Assembly (NCBI RefSeq): GCF_006345805.1
Contig: NC_043010.1
Span: 60,326,001-60,390,000, forward strand
Source of the DNA: Octopus sinensis
Taxonomy: Eukaryota
Length of the DNA stretch: 64,000 nucleotides
Reading direction: 5' to 3'
The position numbers and the translations under genes were made by a program. Positions 50,518 to 64,000 of the stretch are shown piece after piece (within the stretch, counting starts at the first letter, position 1; every line of letters starts with the position of its first letter). A model generated the notes under the pieces. It did not search any database. It worked only from the letters and a program-made list of their open reading frames with translations, and was not told the DNA's origin.

Positions 50518-52922
50518 ATGATGATAATAATCAACATTCTAAAGTTTTACATCATCTGTGGATTGATGTACTCTGTTGTAATGGTGGATATTACATACCA
50601 TGTCAATGAAGAAGACAATCCTCACACCTACATAGGAGACATTGCAATCGATTCCAACTTAACAACACACTCATTCAAACATCAACAACACACTCTCATT
50701 ACTTTTACACAATTACAACGCTTAGTTGCAAGTGGATCTAACTTATTTAATATCACCAACTTGGGAAAACTTTACACTACTCAGACATTAGATGCTGAAT
50801 CACTTTGTACATATAAGAAAGAATGTTTCAAAGTGGTTAAAGTAGCAGTAAGGAAAGCAGAAACATTTATAAAGATATTGAAGATAAAAATAATTATAGA
50901 AGATATTAATGATCATCAACCAGAGTTTCCATCGAACCAATTAAAAGTCAAATTTTATGAAACAGATGGGAAAGGGTCAACAAAGTCAATACCAAATGCT
51001 GTTGATAAAGACATTGGTCTTCTCAATTCTAACATCACATATAAACTAATAGATAAAAGTAATAAATTTTCGCTACTTATGTTTAAAGGATTTGATGGGG
51101 TAACCCTACTGGAAATAACACTTGGGGAAAAATTAGACAGAGAATTTAAAAACATTTATACATTACAGTTGGTGGCCAAGGATGGAGGTTCTCCACCAAA
51201 AGAAGGAATTCTGAATATTGAAATACATGTTATAGATGTCAATGATAATCAACCACTTTTTAAACAAAAATCATATAATACTACCATCAGTGATACACAT
51301 CACATATCTTCCCCTGTGTTTCATATATCAGCTACAGATTTAGACTCTGGTCAAAATGGACATATTACTTACTATTTACATAGAAATACAAATAAACATA
51401 CCAAAAATAAGTTCAAATTAAATTCTAAAAGTGGAGAAATCTACATCAATGATAATTTCTTTAGAAATAAAGAAAGTAAATATCAGTTATATATTGAAGC
51501 TAGGGATGGTGGAAATCCTTCATTAAGCTCCATGACAATGCTGATTATTAATGTTATTAGCAATCAAAATAATGCTCCAGCAATAAATATAGATTTTGTA
51601 TCACCTTTAACAGAGAGCTCTACTGCTGTTTCAGAAGCAAGTAAAATTGGAAGCTTTATAGCTTATGTTATGGTTACTGACACTGATAGTGGACCTAATG
51701 GACAAATAAATGTAATATTCATCATAAAATGTTTCAACTTTCTAATATGGATTCTAAAGAATATAAAATATTGGTGAAAGAACCTCTTGACAGAGAAACT
51801 ATAGACCATTATGTTGTCTCTATTGTATGTCATGACATGGGATCACCTCCATTAAAGACTAAGAAACAGTTCTCTGTCAAAGTAACTGATGTCAATGATG
51901 TAGAACCACATTTTACCAAAGAGACATTCCAATTCCTCACCTATGAAAACCAGAAAGTTGACTTCCCTATTGGCTTCATCAATGCTACAGACCCTGATCT
52001 TGGAGATGGAGGTCAACTTACATATTCTATCATCAATGATAACAACAATGATAACATTCCTTTCCACCTGACAAAATATGGATTTATTTCTACATCACAA
52101 CCAATAGATCGGGAAGTGAAAGACATCTATAATTTACAGGTATTAGTCAAAGACAATGGAACACCTTCTCTGAATAACACTGCTAACATTCTTATTGAGA
52201 TTCTAGATAAAAATGATAATGCTCCATATTTTATTTTTCCTAATAATGACCCTTACAATTTAGATGTCCACTACCATCCACACAGTAAGAAGGACATCAC
52301 AATTCTGAAAGCATCTGACAAAGACACTGGAAACAATGCTTTCCTCACATATGGAATACTGAGATCCAATGATAAAAACCTGTTTACAGTGAACTCACAC
52401 ACTGGTGTGTTATCTTTCTCTCGCACAGTTTACCAAAATGATGCAGGAACATATGAGCTGCAGTTTATAGTGAAAGATGGTGGTACTCCAGTTCAATCAG
52501 CAACAACTGCTATCATACTAACACTGTTTGTTAGTAATGATACATCTCCAATGTTGACTGCTATCCACTCACAGTCTGATAACAATCTGAATATGACTTG
52601 GATAATTATCATTGTAGCAGCAGCTGTAATACTATCTGTGGCTGTTGTAGTGTCAATAACACTGTGTGTTTTCAAATGTATTAATCACTTCAATAATTCT
52701 TCTGGAGAAAAAAATAATCCAAAATTTCTCTCTCAGACTGAAATGAGACAAATTCTGTATCAGACTAACAATCCTGTTGCAATAACTCGGAATGCAGAAG
52801 AGATATTTAGCAGAAATCTTCAGTCAATAAACCCCAAAAGCTCATATTATCCAGAGATGGAACAATTAGCCAATGAATGGAAATTCTCAACAACACCCAG
52901 GAGACTTCCACCAGTTCCACAG
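50518..52922 (+). pseudogene. Protocadherin P5 large exon with a 1-nt deletion (young pseudogene or sequencing error)
   Basis: ORFs 50518..51777 and 51729..52937 join if caaatAAAtgt (51708-51710) is restored to the AAAA seen in P2 and P6. Acceptor ends at 50477; donor CAG|GTATGT at 52922. Confidence 0.9.
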
Positions 52923-53854
52923 GTATGTCAACCATAAATCTACTTTTTACACATTATTTTTCTTCATTTGTGTTTATTAATTTAAATATTTCTGTTTGAT
53001 TTGTATATTAATTCTAAGAAAAGAATGAGTAAGTGGTAATGTTGATTATATCTTCCCAGTTCTTTACTGGAATGACTTTATGAACCATAGTGCATTAAAA
53101 GTTGACACTGTCATGATTTAACTAAATAGTGATTTGTCAATTCCCCTGTCTACTGTCCTCATAATTGTCTAATAGTACAATTTATTTGCTTTTTGTTTTT
53201 TGCTAGAAAGCTCTCTTTTTCTGCTTTTGTTGTTGTTAAACTTAGGTCCAGACATGAATGAACAAACCTACAATCTAATTTCCATTTATAACAGTTCATC
53301 TCTTTTTTTTTTTTTAAGGAAATTTTGTATCTAAGACAACATTGTCCTCAACCAAATGTGTACTTGTACTTCTAACATGGCAGGTAGTGATTTGAGGAAG
53401 ATTTACTTACTATTTCTAATAGATCAAACAATCTCATTGGAGTTTCCAATTGGTTTCAAATTTTCTAATGAACAATTATGATGTGCTAAAAACCATGAAT
53501 ACAAATACTCCAAATTTTAAATTCTCATATAAAATCAATTTAAGTCTTGTCCATATAAACTTACTGGAACAAACTCCAGTTGTTTCTGTTCAAAACCCAC
53601 TAAAAATGAAAGTAGTACCTTAAAAAATCTCAGTTTATTTCAGAGGTATTTCATAAATTCAGAACCATATTATACAGAGCTACTGCTTTAGCAACCATGT
53701 TTTAATTAGTTCAAATATATTACAAAATTTATTAGATTTAACAGAATTCAGATTAGTTTTTCTGGTAAGATATAAAACATAAGTCATTGAAATAAAACAG
53801 TGAGAATCATAACCTCCCAAATACACATGTAAATCTTTGGCATTTCATTGACAG

Positions 53855-54002
53855 ATATACAATAAGCAGGTTTTGGATGTATCATGTGAACAAAGTGACA
53901 GCAGCAATATTGTGACATCAAACAACCTAAGTGATACATTGCCATCTCAAAAAGATCGCAACCGTGGATGGAGTGAAGGAGATATTACATATCAGACGTC
54001 AG
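53855..54002 (+). CDS. P5 cytoplasmic exon 2 (IYNKQVLDVSCEQSDSSNIVTSNNLSDTLPSQKDRNRGWSEGDITYQTS-G)
   Basis: tttcattgacag| acceptor, TCAG|GTAATT donor, 148 nt. Confidence 0.88.
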
Positions 54003-54468
54003 GTAATTTAAGCATTTCTCACTCCTCAATCTGTTCCATAATCTGAAAAATCATTTTAAAACCCTTTTAAAGAACTATGGTAACCTACAAGATAAGATTT
54101 GTACTTCATCATAGGTTGCACACATACTATTCATAATTCACATACATACTATTAATAGTAAAACATATCTTTAAGACAGATTTCTTAATTTCCAATAAAA
54201 CATCCAGTACAATTGTATAATATATTTAAAACATTAAATCTTTTCTATTCTAATACATAAAAGATATACTATAAAATGACAACAAATGTAAATCACTGAA
54301 AGTAAATAAGTAACAAGTAATTAACCTTCTCAATATTTTATAAAGATGAAAGAGAAACTAACATAATATCAACATGTAATTAGTTTTAAAATAGTTTTTG
54401 TATTATTTTTCAGAAATATAATATTCCTTTAAAAGTTTCTATTTAAAATATATCCCTTTATCTTCCAG

Positions 54469-54548
54469 AATACAGTAACTACAAACCAAATATACCCCCC
54501 ACAGCAAAAAGTGATCATGAACAAGATACATATCTAGCACCAGTGTAA
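54469..54548 (+). CDS. P5 terminal exon 3 (EYSNYKPNIPPTAKSDHEQDTYLAPV*)
   Basis: tcttccag| acceptor; TAA three codons earlier than in paralogues. Confidence 0.85.
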
Positions 54549-55300
54549 TTGTGAACTCAAAAGAAACAAACCTCCAATTCATTGCTATGAAAAATATTAA
54601 TAGTACTTTTTTAAAGTTTAAACATCAAAACTGCAATTGAATTAAATTGTTATTTCTAATTTGATTATATAATTATAATATATTATTTAGCACATATAAA
54701 CTAATTAAATCAAAACCATATCCTGAAAACATACCGTTTTGCAATTATTTTCTTTAAACCTATGCTGTAAGTGTAAAACAAAACTAAATCATCAAATTAA
54801 ATAACAGAATAGTTTATTACAACTGGCACTTGTATATTATTACTTTAATGTACTTATTTTAGTAATTTTGAAAAAAACAAGAGCTGAATTTGAACTCAGA
54901 AAATAAGAGAAAAAGATTACCCTAAGGTGTTTACTTTCTTTGATCTATTTTTGAAAAATGTTACTAAATAATGAAATAACATCAATAGAATAACAGAAAA
55001 CTTTCAGTAACATGAAATTAAACAGGATATTTTGTAGTTCAATATATGTGTAATTGTCATTAGAAATTGACAGTTTATATACTGCAGAACTCAGTGTGTA
55101 TGCATGTATATAAATGCAATATATAATCTATGCATATTTCATAGAAAAATATAAAAGATGCATGTTCAAGATATAATATGATAATTAAAATATATTTAAA
55201 TATGTTACATACTTTACATAAAATTAGATTTACATATTGTAAAATTTATAAAAAATTTAACAACCCTGAAATACATCTGAATATATTAAATGCTGTGTAT

Positions 55301-55423
55301 GCATCTTCTATGACTCACGAATCTGCACTAACAAGATGCTACTGTAGCAGCAGTTATACTGGAACACTACGCAAGAACAGATGTCTTCTATAAGAAGCCC
55401 AAACAAAGGATTAAGTAATGAAG
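55301..55423 (+). other. Exon-like cassette X5 (acceptor lost, frame broken, donor retained)
   Basis: TATGACTCAC, gcagcagttatactgg and caaacaaagga conserved; homologous AG reads AT; in-frame TAG; GAAG|GTAAGT intact. Confidence 0.55.
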
Positions 55424-58412
55424 GTAAGTTGCTTTATAGTTCATATTCTCAATTAATATTTTCGTAGTATATAGTTGATAGTGAGGTATAATAACCTGAT
55501 AAAATCTAGAAAGTCTGTTATGAGAATTATATAAAGAAACTTGCCATTAACTATTGCATTACCAAAAAACAATTATTGCAGCCATTTATTTAATGAAGAT
55601 AGTTACTGCAGTATATTCACTTCAATGAAAATACTTCTAGCAGTGCCATTGCACAAATACTGATTAGAAAATTTATATTTGTTTACTTATCTAATGTTAT
55701 TTATAAAATTATTTTGTAAATTTGGACAACTGAAAATTGTTTTATTAATTTTCACAAATGTTGATAATTAAGCACAGAGATGTCACTCAATTTATATTTA
55801 GCGGCTAGTAAAAAATTTAGATATACAATAGTACATGTTCATTTAAGCCTCAGATTTTTCTGTGAGAAGAATCTGTTATTTCTTCCTTTCTTCTTCATTA
55901 ATGCAGTTATTTCATTTGTAATCAATTTCCTTAAAGATATTAATGTCTCAGTTCCCAGTTACTATTCACTATAACTTGGTGAGGAGGGATTCTTGACTGA
56001 TATAGAAATTATCATTATGCATATCTCTAATGATACAAACTTAAATATCTAAAGAAATACATCACTATAAATATTTTGTTAAAATATAATATGAATCAAT
56101 TACTTTCACAAAAATTATTCTCCTCTTGTTAAAAAACAACAACAACCTATATAGATGATTAAACTGATATAATTATATTATTACAGAGATGTACTTGCAT
56201 AGCAAATGACTTGATCTAAGATTGTTGTACAGAATTTTGTCAGTGAACAGGTTACAGGTTCAAAGTGATGAAAATATTTTCCCAAATTATATTTAAATGT
56301 TGAAGTGAATCTAACGGTTTTTGTGTGTTTTTAAATGGCTTATAAACACCTTCTATACTGCAATTATATTATTGCTGTTAGTTTATTTTCCTTTAAAAAC
56401 GTTGATTTAATCCAGTGACACAAAATTATATGCTGTAAAGCATTTAGTCTATGTTTGTATTACACAAGCAAATGTTAGCAACCAAGGATTCTTAATAATC
56501 TACCATTTTTACTGTGTATTGACTATATGTCTTTCATCCTACATGCAGGGGATATAAAAACCAAAGTCATTAGATTAGTAATCATATTTCCAAGTACTCA
56601 CTATCCCAGCATTTAAAGAAAATATAGCAACTGCTACAATAGTCTCTAAACAGTTCCTTAAATCAAAAAGAAAGTATGCCAGTCCAACATAAGTCCTTCC
56701 ACCCACCCAATTTGTCTTCATATTCCTAAAAAAAAATTAAACTCTTACAAAACCTGCAATATATGCTTTGCAGTTCATCATAGGATGCACACATATCATG
56801 CATTGAAGATTTGTTCAGCAGAACAACCACATTATATAAAGGTATTTCAATTTCAGCAAACAATGGCAATAATACTGAGCTGTATTAGTTAAATCACCTC
56901 AAATATTTCAGTATAAAGTATAAATGAATGGAAGTGTTAGGAAATATACAGAGATAACAAGGGAAATAACTCTGTGGTTTTCAAATGTTACACCTAATTT
57001 ATACAGATAAGATACCAGTTTTTCCACAGCTTGTTTCAGCACTACTTTTTTTAAAACCTGGCATAATTAAAAGCAAACACATGAATTTCTTACAACTCAC
57101 CAGACCAATACATTGGGTGACCACTATTGATATTTGGAGTCATTTGAATTCGCATGAATATCTAAATATTCTGCCGATTCAGGGGACTTTGCTTCCAAGC
57201 ACAATTTAAGTGTCAGGGTGGGGCAAAGTGTAAGTACATGTCCACATCGATGTGGATAAGATAGAAGTAATGAGAGAATTGGACCATGGTTTTTTTGCTT
57301 TAGATATATGATATTGGTTAATCAGCTGCATATAATGTGTGAAAGAAAGGAAGGAAAATAATGCAATTCTTCACAGAAAGTGCTTCTCAGAAGTAAATAA
57401 ACATTCAGGCCAATGATATGAATCTGCATTGCTCCTAAAGTTTCTGTACCCAGATCACTTGGATGCATGGTGTTTGGCAAATCTAGTTTCAACCCCAGTA
57501 GTTATGAGTGCTGCAATGGCTATCTTGTATTCAAGACATTAAACATATCAAACAGAGTAGGTGTATTCTTGAAAGAAATTTACTTACGCACATCATGTAT
57601 AGTGACTGCCTATAAGCATTCTCACAGACTAACTGTGAAATATTTTTGTATGAAACAAGTTAATAAAGTCAACTTGTAACATTATTTCAGTAATTACAAT
57701 TGAATTGTACAATTTTGGGGCAATAATTGAACTCAATCAATGGCAATTTGAAAGTTAGCAATGCTTTTATGTTTTGTCAAAAATCTGTGCAGCAGTAATT
57801 TCTTGAGTGAAAAAAAGTTGATTGCACCACTGTATAACATGAGCAACAAATGCAGTTTCTTTGCTGAGTTTATTCAGTTTTTTTTATCATTCTTCCCTCC
57901 AATGTAGCCTTACTGGCATCTCATTGTCAATTAAATCTCTCCCATGTAACAACTCTATTGTGTAGTGCTTGTTTTCTCTTTGATGAATGTCTAATATTCT
58001 GCAAGATACAGCAGTCTAAAAAATACTATTTCTATTGAAAACATAAATAACATAAATTGACAAGACATGGAAATTCAATTTGGGCAGCCAGTTATTCATT
58101 TTTGTGAGATATGTTATGATTTAAACTATTGGCAAAATGTTAAGTATGAAATCTGTACCCTGGGAAGAAGTCTTGTGAAAAAAATCTGCTGATTCATTAC
58201 TCCTTTTGTTTTAAGTTTTACCTCAATTTATTGCCTATTTTACCTTGTTAAAAATTTATCAAAATTCATACATATGGTGATAATTGAAATATGACAAGCT
58301 TTAAAGCAACATCAATACTTAAATGTAAATTTCAACAAAAATTCTATGATTAAATTCGAAATTTTCTTCTTTTATTTAAGTAATATGGATTCAAGAACAA
58401 TGAAATAAAACA

Positions 58413-60812
58413 ATGATTGGAAATAATATTTTACAATTTTACATTTTGCATGTTTGGATAAAAGCAGTCATAGCTGTAGATATTTCATACTATATCAATG
58501 AAGAAGACAGTCCTCACACCTATATAGGAGACATTGCTGTTGACTCCAACTTATCACACCCTCTCAAACATGAGCAACGCACTCTCATTACATTTACACA
58601 ACTACAAAGGACAGTCGAGAGTGGTTCTCAATTATTCAATGTCACCAACTCAGGAAAACTCTACACTACTCAAACACTGGATGCTGAGTCTCTGTGTACA
58701 TACAACAAGGAATGTTCAAGGATTCTTAAGGTTGCAGTGAGGAAAGCAGAAACGTTCATAAAAATATTAAAGATAAAAATATTAATAGAAGATATCAATG
58801 ACCATTCACCAGAATTTCGAGATGATCAAATAAAAATACAATTTGATGAAACAGATGCAAAAGGATCAACAAAATCAATACCAAATGCTGTTGATAAAGA
58901 CATTAGCCTTCTAAATTCTAAGATTACATATAAACTGAAAGACAAAAGTAAGAAATTCTCACTATCCATATTTAAAGGGTTTGATGGAGTAAACTTACTT
59001 AAAATAACCCTAGAAGAAATGTTAGACAGAGAATTAAAAGACACTTATACGTTACTGTTGATGGCTAAAGATGGTGGCTCTCCACAAAAAGAAGGTTCTT
59101 TGAAGATAGAAATCTCAGTTACAGATGTCAATGATAACCAACCAATGTTTACTCAGAAATCATATAATATTTCCATCAGTGATACACATCACAAATCTTC
59201 TCCTGTTTTTGTTTTATCAGCAACAGATTTAGATTCTGGCCAAAATGGGAATGTTACTTACTATTTACATAGAAATACAAATAAATATGCCAGAAAACAT
59301 TTCAAATTGAAGAGTAAATCTGGAGAAATTTTCCTTAATAATAATTTCTTAAGTAATAAAGAAAGTAAATACCAACTATACATTGAAGCCAGAGATGGTG
59401 GAAAACCATCTTTAAGTTCTACAACAATATTAATTATTAATATAATTAACAATCAGAATAATGCACCAACAATAAATATAGATTTTGTATCTCCACTAAC
59501 AAAAACTTCTACTGCTATTTCAGAAGGAAGTAAAATTGGAAGTTTTATAGCTTATGTTATGGTCATTGACACCGACAGTGGGCGTAATGGACAAATAAAA
59601 TGTAATATTCATCATAAAATGTTCCAGCTTTCCAATATGGGTTCTAAAGAATATAAAATATTGGTGAAAGAACCTCTTGACAGAGAAACTATAGATCATT
59701 ATATTGTTTCTATTGTATGTCATGACATGGGATCACCTCCATTAAAGACTAAGAAACAGTTCTCTGTCAAAGTAACTGATGTCAATGATGTAGAACCACA
59801 TTTTACCAAAGAGACATTCCAATTCCTCACCTATGAAAACCAGAAAGTTGACTTCCCTATTGGCTTCATCAATGCTACAGACCCAGATCTTGGAGATGGA
59901 GGCCAACTTACATATTCTATCATCAATGATAACAACAATGATAACATTCCTTTCCAACTGACGAAATATGGATTTATTTCTACATCACAACCAATAGATC
60001 GAGAAGTTAAAGACATTTATAATTTACAGGTATTAGTCAAAGACAACGGAATGCCTTCTCTGAATAACACTGCCAACATTCTTATAGAGATTCTAGATAA
60101 AAATGATAATGCACCTTATTTCATCTTTCCTAATAATGACCCTTACAATCTCGATGTCCACTATCATCCACACAGTAAGAAGGACATCACAATTCTGAAA
60201 GCATCTGACAAAGACACTGGAAACAATGCTTTCCTCACATATGGAATACTGAGATCCAATGATAAAAAGCTGTTTACGGTGAACTCACACACTGGTGTGT
60301 TATCTTTCTCTCGCACAGTTTACCAAAATGATGCAGGAACATATGAGCTGCAGTTTACAGTGAAAGACGGTGGTACTCCAGTTCAATCAGCAACAACTGC
60401 TATCATACTAACACTGTTTGTTAGTAATGATACATCTCCAATGTTGACTGCTGTTCACTCACAGTCTGGTAACAACCTGAATATGACTTGGATAATTATC
60501 ATTGTAGCAGCAGCTGTAATACTATCTGTGGCTGTTGTAGTGTCAATAACAATGTGTGTTTTCAGATGTATTAATCACATTAATAATTCACCTACAACAA
60601 AAGATAATCCAAAATTTCTCTCTCAGACTGAAATGAGACAAATATTGTATCAGACCAACAATCCTGTTGCAATAACTCAGAATGCTGAAGAGATATTTAA
60701 CAGAAATCTTCAGTCAATAAACCCCAAAAGTCCATATTATCCAGAGATGGAACAATCAGCCAATGGATGGAAATTCGCAACAACACACAGAAGATTACCA
60801 TCACTTCCTCAG
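58413..60812 (+). CDS. Protocadherin P6, large exon
   Basis: ORF 58413..60842; acceptor ends at 58380; donor CAG|GTAAGT at 60812 (800 codons). Confidence 0.97.
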
Positions 60813-63004
60813 GTAAGTCTCATCATCTGTAAACAACTATAAATATATTTATAATTCAATATCAACACATTATAAGCACATAATTAAACTATTAACCGAA
60901 AGCCTTTTCCTTGATATGAATATTGAAGATTGTGTTTTACATTGTAAATATTTTTGATTGAAATGAGCAAATACTCTTAATGATTTGTAGTTAAATTTCT
61001 TGGAATGGGCACATGAGGCTGCTTCATTTAACATGATTATGATCATTCTATTTCTTTCAATGCTTTACATAGGATAGAGCATCCACTCAGATGCTAAATT
61101 ACCTAATGCAGTGTTTCATTGATGTCCTGTAAAGCAAGCACTATTTTATTTTGAGAGCAGAAAAGTCAATGCAACTAGTATATGAGCACATAAGCAGACA
61201 TCTCCCATAAATGTTCAATACCACAGTGACTAGTAACAAAAAAAAGATATAATGACAACCTATTAGCATACTGATTAAGGTTCCATGGATTACTTATGAA
61301 GGGAAGTTTATCCATTAAGTAAATAACATTCCTAGTAATGCAGTCAAGATGCCAATCATAGAAGGCAACATGAATTCTAGATAGGAGAATGGCAATCTGA
61401 ACCAAAATAATGTATGTGAGTCTTGCTGTCTAAGTAAAAATAATAAATCAGTCCTTGTCATATATTTTGCAATATATTTTAGAATGTGAAACTTAAAATG
61501 GATTATGACAGTAAGTCTTACAACTCAAAGTAGGGGATTTATTTTCAGGGATAGATTTTAGAAGTCACTCTCATAAAATACTAGCTATTTATATCACAAG
61601 AGTTTTGATCTGCTAGATATCTGGAGATATAAGTTTATATTTTCTTGTAAAATGTTTGTGCAGTAATTTATATGCTGGCTACGCCATTCAATGACACTTT
61701 CCAGAGCTTCAAAAAAGAAAATGAAGCACATTTGTGTATTTTTCTGACCATATTTACTTGAATACAGAACTAGTGAAGAAGTCAGAATGCATTTTAGTAT
61801 AATATTTTAGTTTAAACTGACAAGATTGATTAAATGAAAGCAACAGGTCTTGCTGAAAGACACAATGCACTGCCTGATCCAAGCATCAAAACCATGTCCT
61901 AACAATAGTGAGCCCAACACTCTAACCACTAAGTTACATAACCCTGTGATTCATCTTTATTCTCTTAAGATAAACATAATTATCACATAATTTTAATGCA
62001 ATATCTTAGCTCTTAATATCAATAGCTCTTCTTCATTATACATTTTCCATTTATGAATATCTTATGTGTTTCCTTCAATAGGTAGTGTGATGATATCTAA
62101 TATACCCAAAATATTAAAATTAGTTATTTGAAAGAACTATATTATACTGATCACCAAGTCCCAACTTAAAGTAATCTTTTCAGTACACATACTAAAATTC
62201 ACTGTCAATTGTTACCTTTCATGAAAATTTTATATTTTGCCAAAACTACATCAATAAATTGACTATATTTTATGATACAAGCATTATCTTAACCTTGATC
62301 TTTTGCTCAACAAGTCTAAAGTGTACCTTGCAACTAATAACTCTCATAGCTGTGGTGATACACAAACTTGCTTTGTTAGGAAACAAATTTAACAAACAAA
62401 AATATTTTCATATCATCAACAAAATCTTCCTAATTGAAAATGCTAACTTTCATTTAAATCACGTTGTTGTTTCATCTTACCCTCTTTTTTGAGTATTCCA
62501 ACTGCACTTCACCTATTTTAAATCCTTATTATTAAATCTATCTTCTAACTTCTCACCATCCATCATACTTCCTATCCTTAAATTTATAACAGTAAATGAA
62601 TTATTTTTTTTTTATGAAGACTGAACATTTTTTCTCACGCTTTCATGTATCTCATTACCTACACAGAATTTATGTTACACATTAACCTCACACTAGAATT
62701 ACTTTCTGTGCTTAGTTTTTGGAAGTAAATTAATATTTACATTTCAGCAGTATTGTTTGCTCATTCTTAGACACAACAATGAATGAAAACTGAAAAATAT
62801 GATTCCATTTTCCATTTTTATAAATGGAAATAGAATACTTGTCTAGCCATGAAATTATAGTTCCAATATTTTATTTACATATTATATTCATGAATTCAAA
62901 GAATACTAGCATGATAAAAATTATATTCATACTTAGAAATAAAAAAAGAGAACTATTCAGTGCCCATTGAACATGCAACCCATGTTTTCATTTAATATAT
63001 TTTA

Positions 63005-63300
63005 CAAATATGGCAGTGAGCTGGCAGAATCATTACCATGTGGGAAAATTGCTTAGCAGCATTTCTTCCAACTTTATGTTCGGAGTTCAAATGCTGCCAG
63101 GGTCAATTTTGGCTTTATAAGGCAGTGAACTGGCAGAATCATTAGCATGCCAAACAAAATGCTTAGTGGCTTTTTGTCCCTCTTTATGTTCCTATTCACT
63201 AAGGTCAACATTACCTTTCATTCTTTTGGGATCAATGGAAGAAGTACTAGTTGAACATTGGGGTTGATGTAATTAACATACCCACTTCCCCAAAATCGTT
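63005..63300 (+). mobile_element. tRNA-derived SINE with duplicated head (Nin/Deu-like core)
   Basis: Two tandem ggcagtga(g/a)ctggcagaatcatta heads (~63012 and ~63121), B-box-like gagttcaaat, then ctttcattcttttgggatcaat...agtactagtt core. Confidence 0.65.
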
Positions 63301-63510
63301 GGCCTCTCGTCAAAATTTGAAACTGATATATGATATTACAAATAAAATTCAGCTAAAGTCAAATCTGTTATATTTGATAAATATATTTTGATAAAAGTCG
63401 TACTGTTTTTTTCTCTTTAGTTATACACTTAATATTTGCTGCATGTAGTCATCAATGAAAACATTGTTAAAAAATTTTTTCCATTTATCTCTCTTTTTTT
63501 TTTTTGTCAG

Positions 63511-63670
63511 AATTATAATAAAGATATGGTAGAGGACCGAGCTGAACAAAAATGTTATAATGATAGTATTATCACAGCAAACAACTTGAATGGCACTCTA
63601 CCCTCACATAAGGAACAGAACCGTGGGTGGAGTGATGGTGACATTACACATCAAGTATCTGGTATATCAG
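63511..63670 (+). CDS. P6 cytoplasmic exon 2 (divergent: NYNKDMVEDRAEQKCYNDSIITANNLNGTLPSHKEQNRGWSDGDITHQVSGIS-G)
   Basis: Long polyT-gtcag| acceptor, TCAG|GTAATT donor, 160 nt phase 0 to 1; alternative donor at 63661. Confidence 0.85.
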
Positions 63671-63961
63671 GTAATTATAAAAATAAATCAAAAATTCTTA
63701 TGAAGATGTTTTTAAAAAACTAAGTTAAATTGAATTGAATGATAAAAAATACTTTATTACTATAAATACAATAGTTTTTTGTTATCGTTTTGTAACAAAT
63801 AACATACTGAGAAATTATTATAAAGCATACAAATCTTTACAAAACTATTAAACAAATCCAATCAGAAAATAAATACTATCAGTGCATCAATTTCCTTATT
63901 TCCTCTTTCATATTGGTGCTTACATTGTCTAATATCACTTTAATATTTATATATTTTGCAG

Positions 63962-64000
63962 AATACAGCAACTATCACCCAAATATACCTCCAACACCAA
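63962..64000 (+). CDS. P6 exon 3, 5' part (EYSNYHPNIPPTP...), runs off window
   Basis: attttgcag| acceptor; homologous to the other exon 3s. Confidence 0.85.

Noticed and set aside
55178-55393. 71-aa ORF overlapping X5
   Set aside because: Frame not conserved in other X copies and composition is low-complexity AT-rich.
57130-57850. Possible Tc1/mariner terminal fragments
   Set aside because: Only short terminus-like strings (cagggtggggcaaa; tgcaccactgtata) with no transposase remnant; too weak to call.

Overview
AT-rich animal genomic DNA containing six tandem, co-oriented (+) protocadherin genes (P1-P6). Each has a signal peptide (off-window for P1), 6 cadherin repeats, a TM segment and a short cytoplasmic tail. 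Tandem protocadherins with private tail exons amid RTE/CR1 LINEs, tRNA SINEs, a Helitron and a mariner point to a cephalopod, probably octopus, protocadherin cluster (inference; no search run). Each gene has one ~2.4 kb coding exon (ectodomain+TM) plus two private cytoplasmic exons (usually 148 and 89 nt). P1 is cut off at its 5' end and P6 at its 3' end. P4 and P5 each carry a single-A frameshift. A ~14 kb tandem duplication appears to have created P3 as a P4/P2 chimera, and EC4-TM is nearly identical across all paralogues while EC1-EC3 is a mosaic. The strongest leads are: (1) an unannotated 123-138 nt exon-like cassette after each of P1-P5 with a GTAAG donor and invariant TGACTCAC, open and frame-preserving in four of five copies; (2) a tRNA-headed SINE carrying a minimal hammerhead ribozyme; (3) a degenerate Ca2+-binding EC3-EC4 linker in all six proteins.
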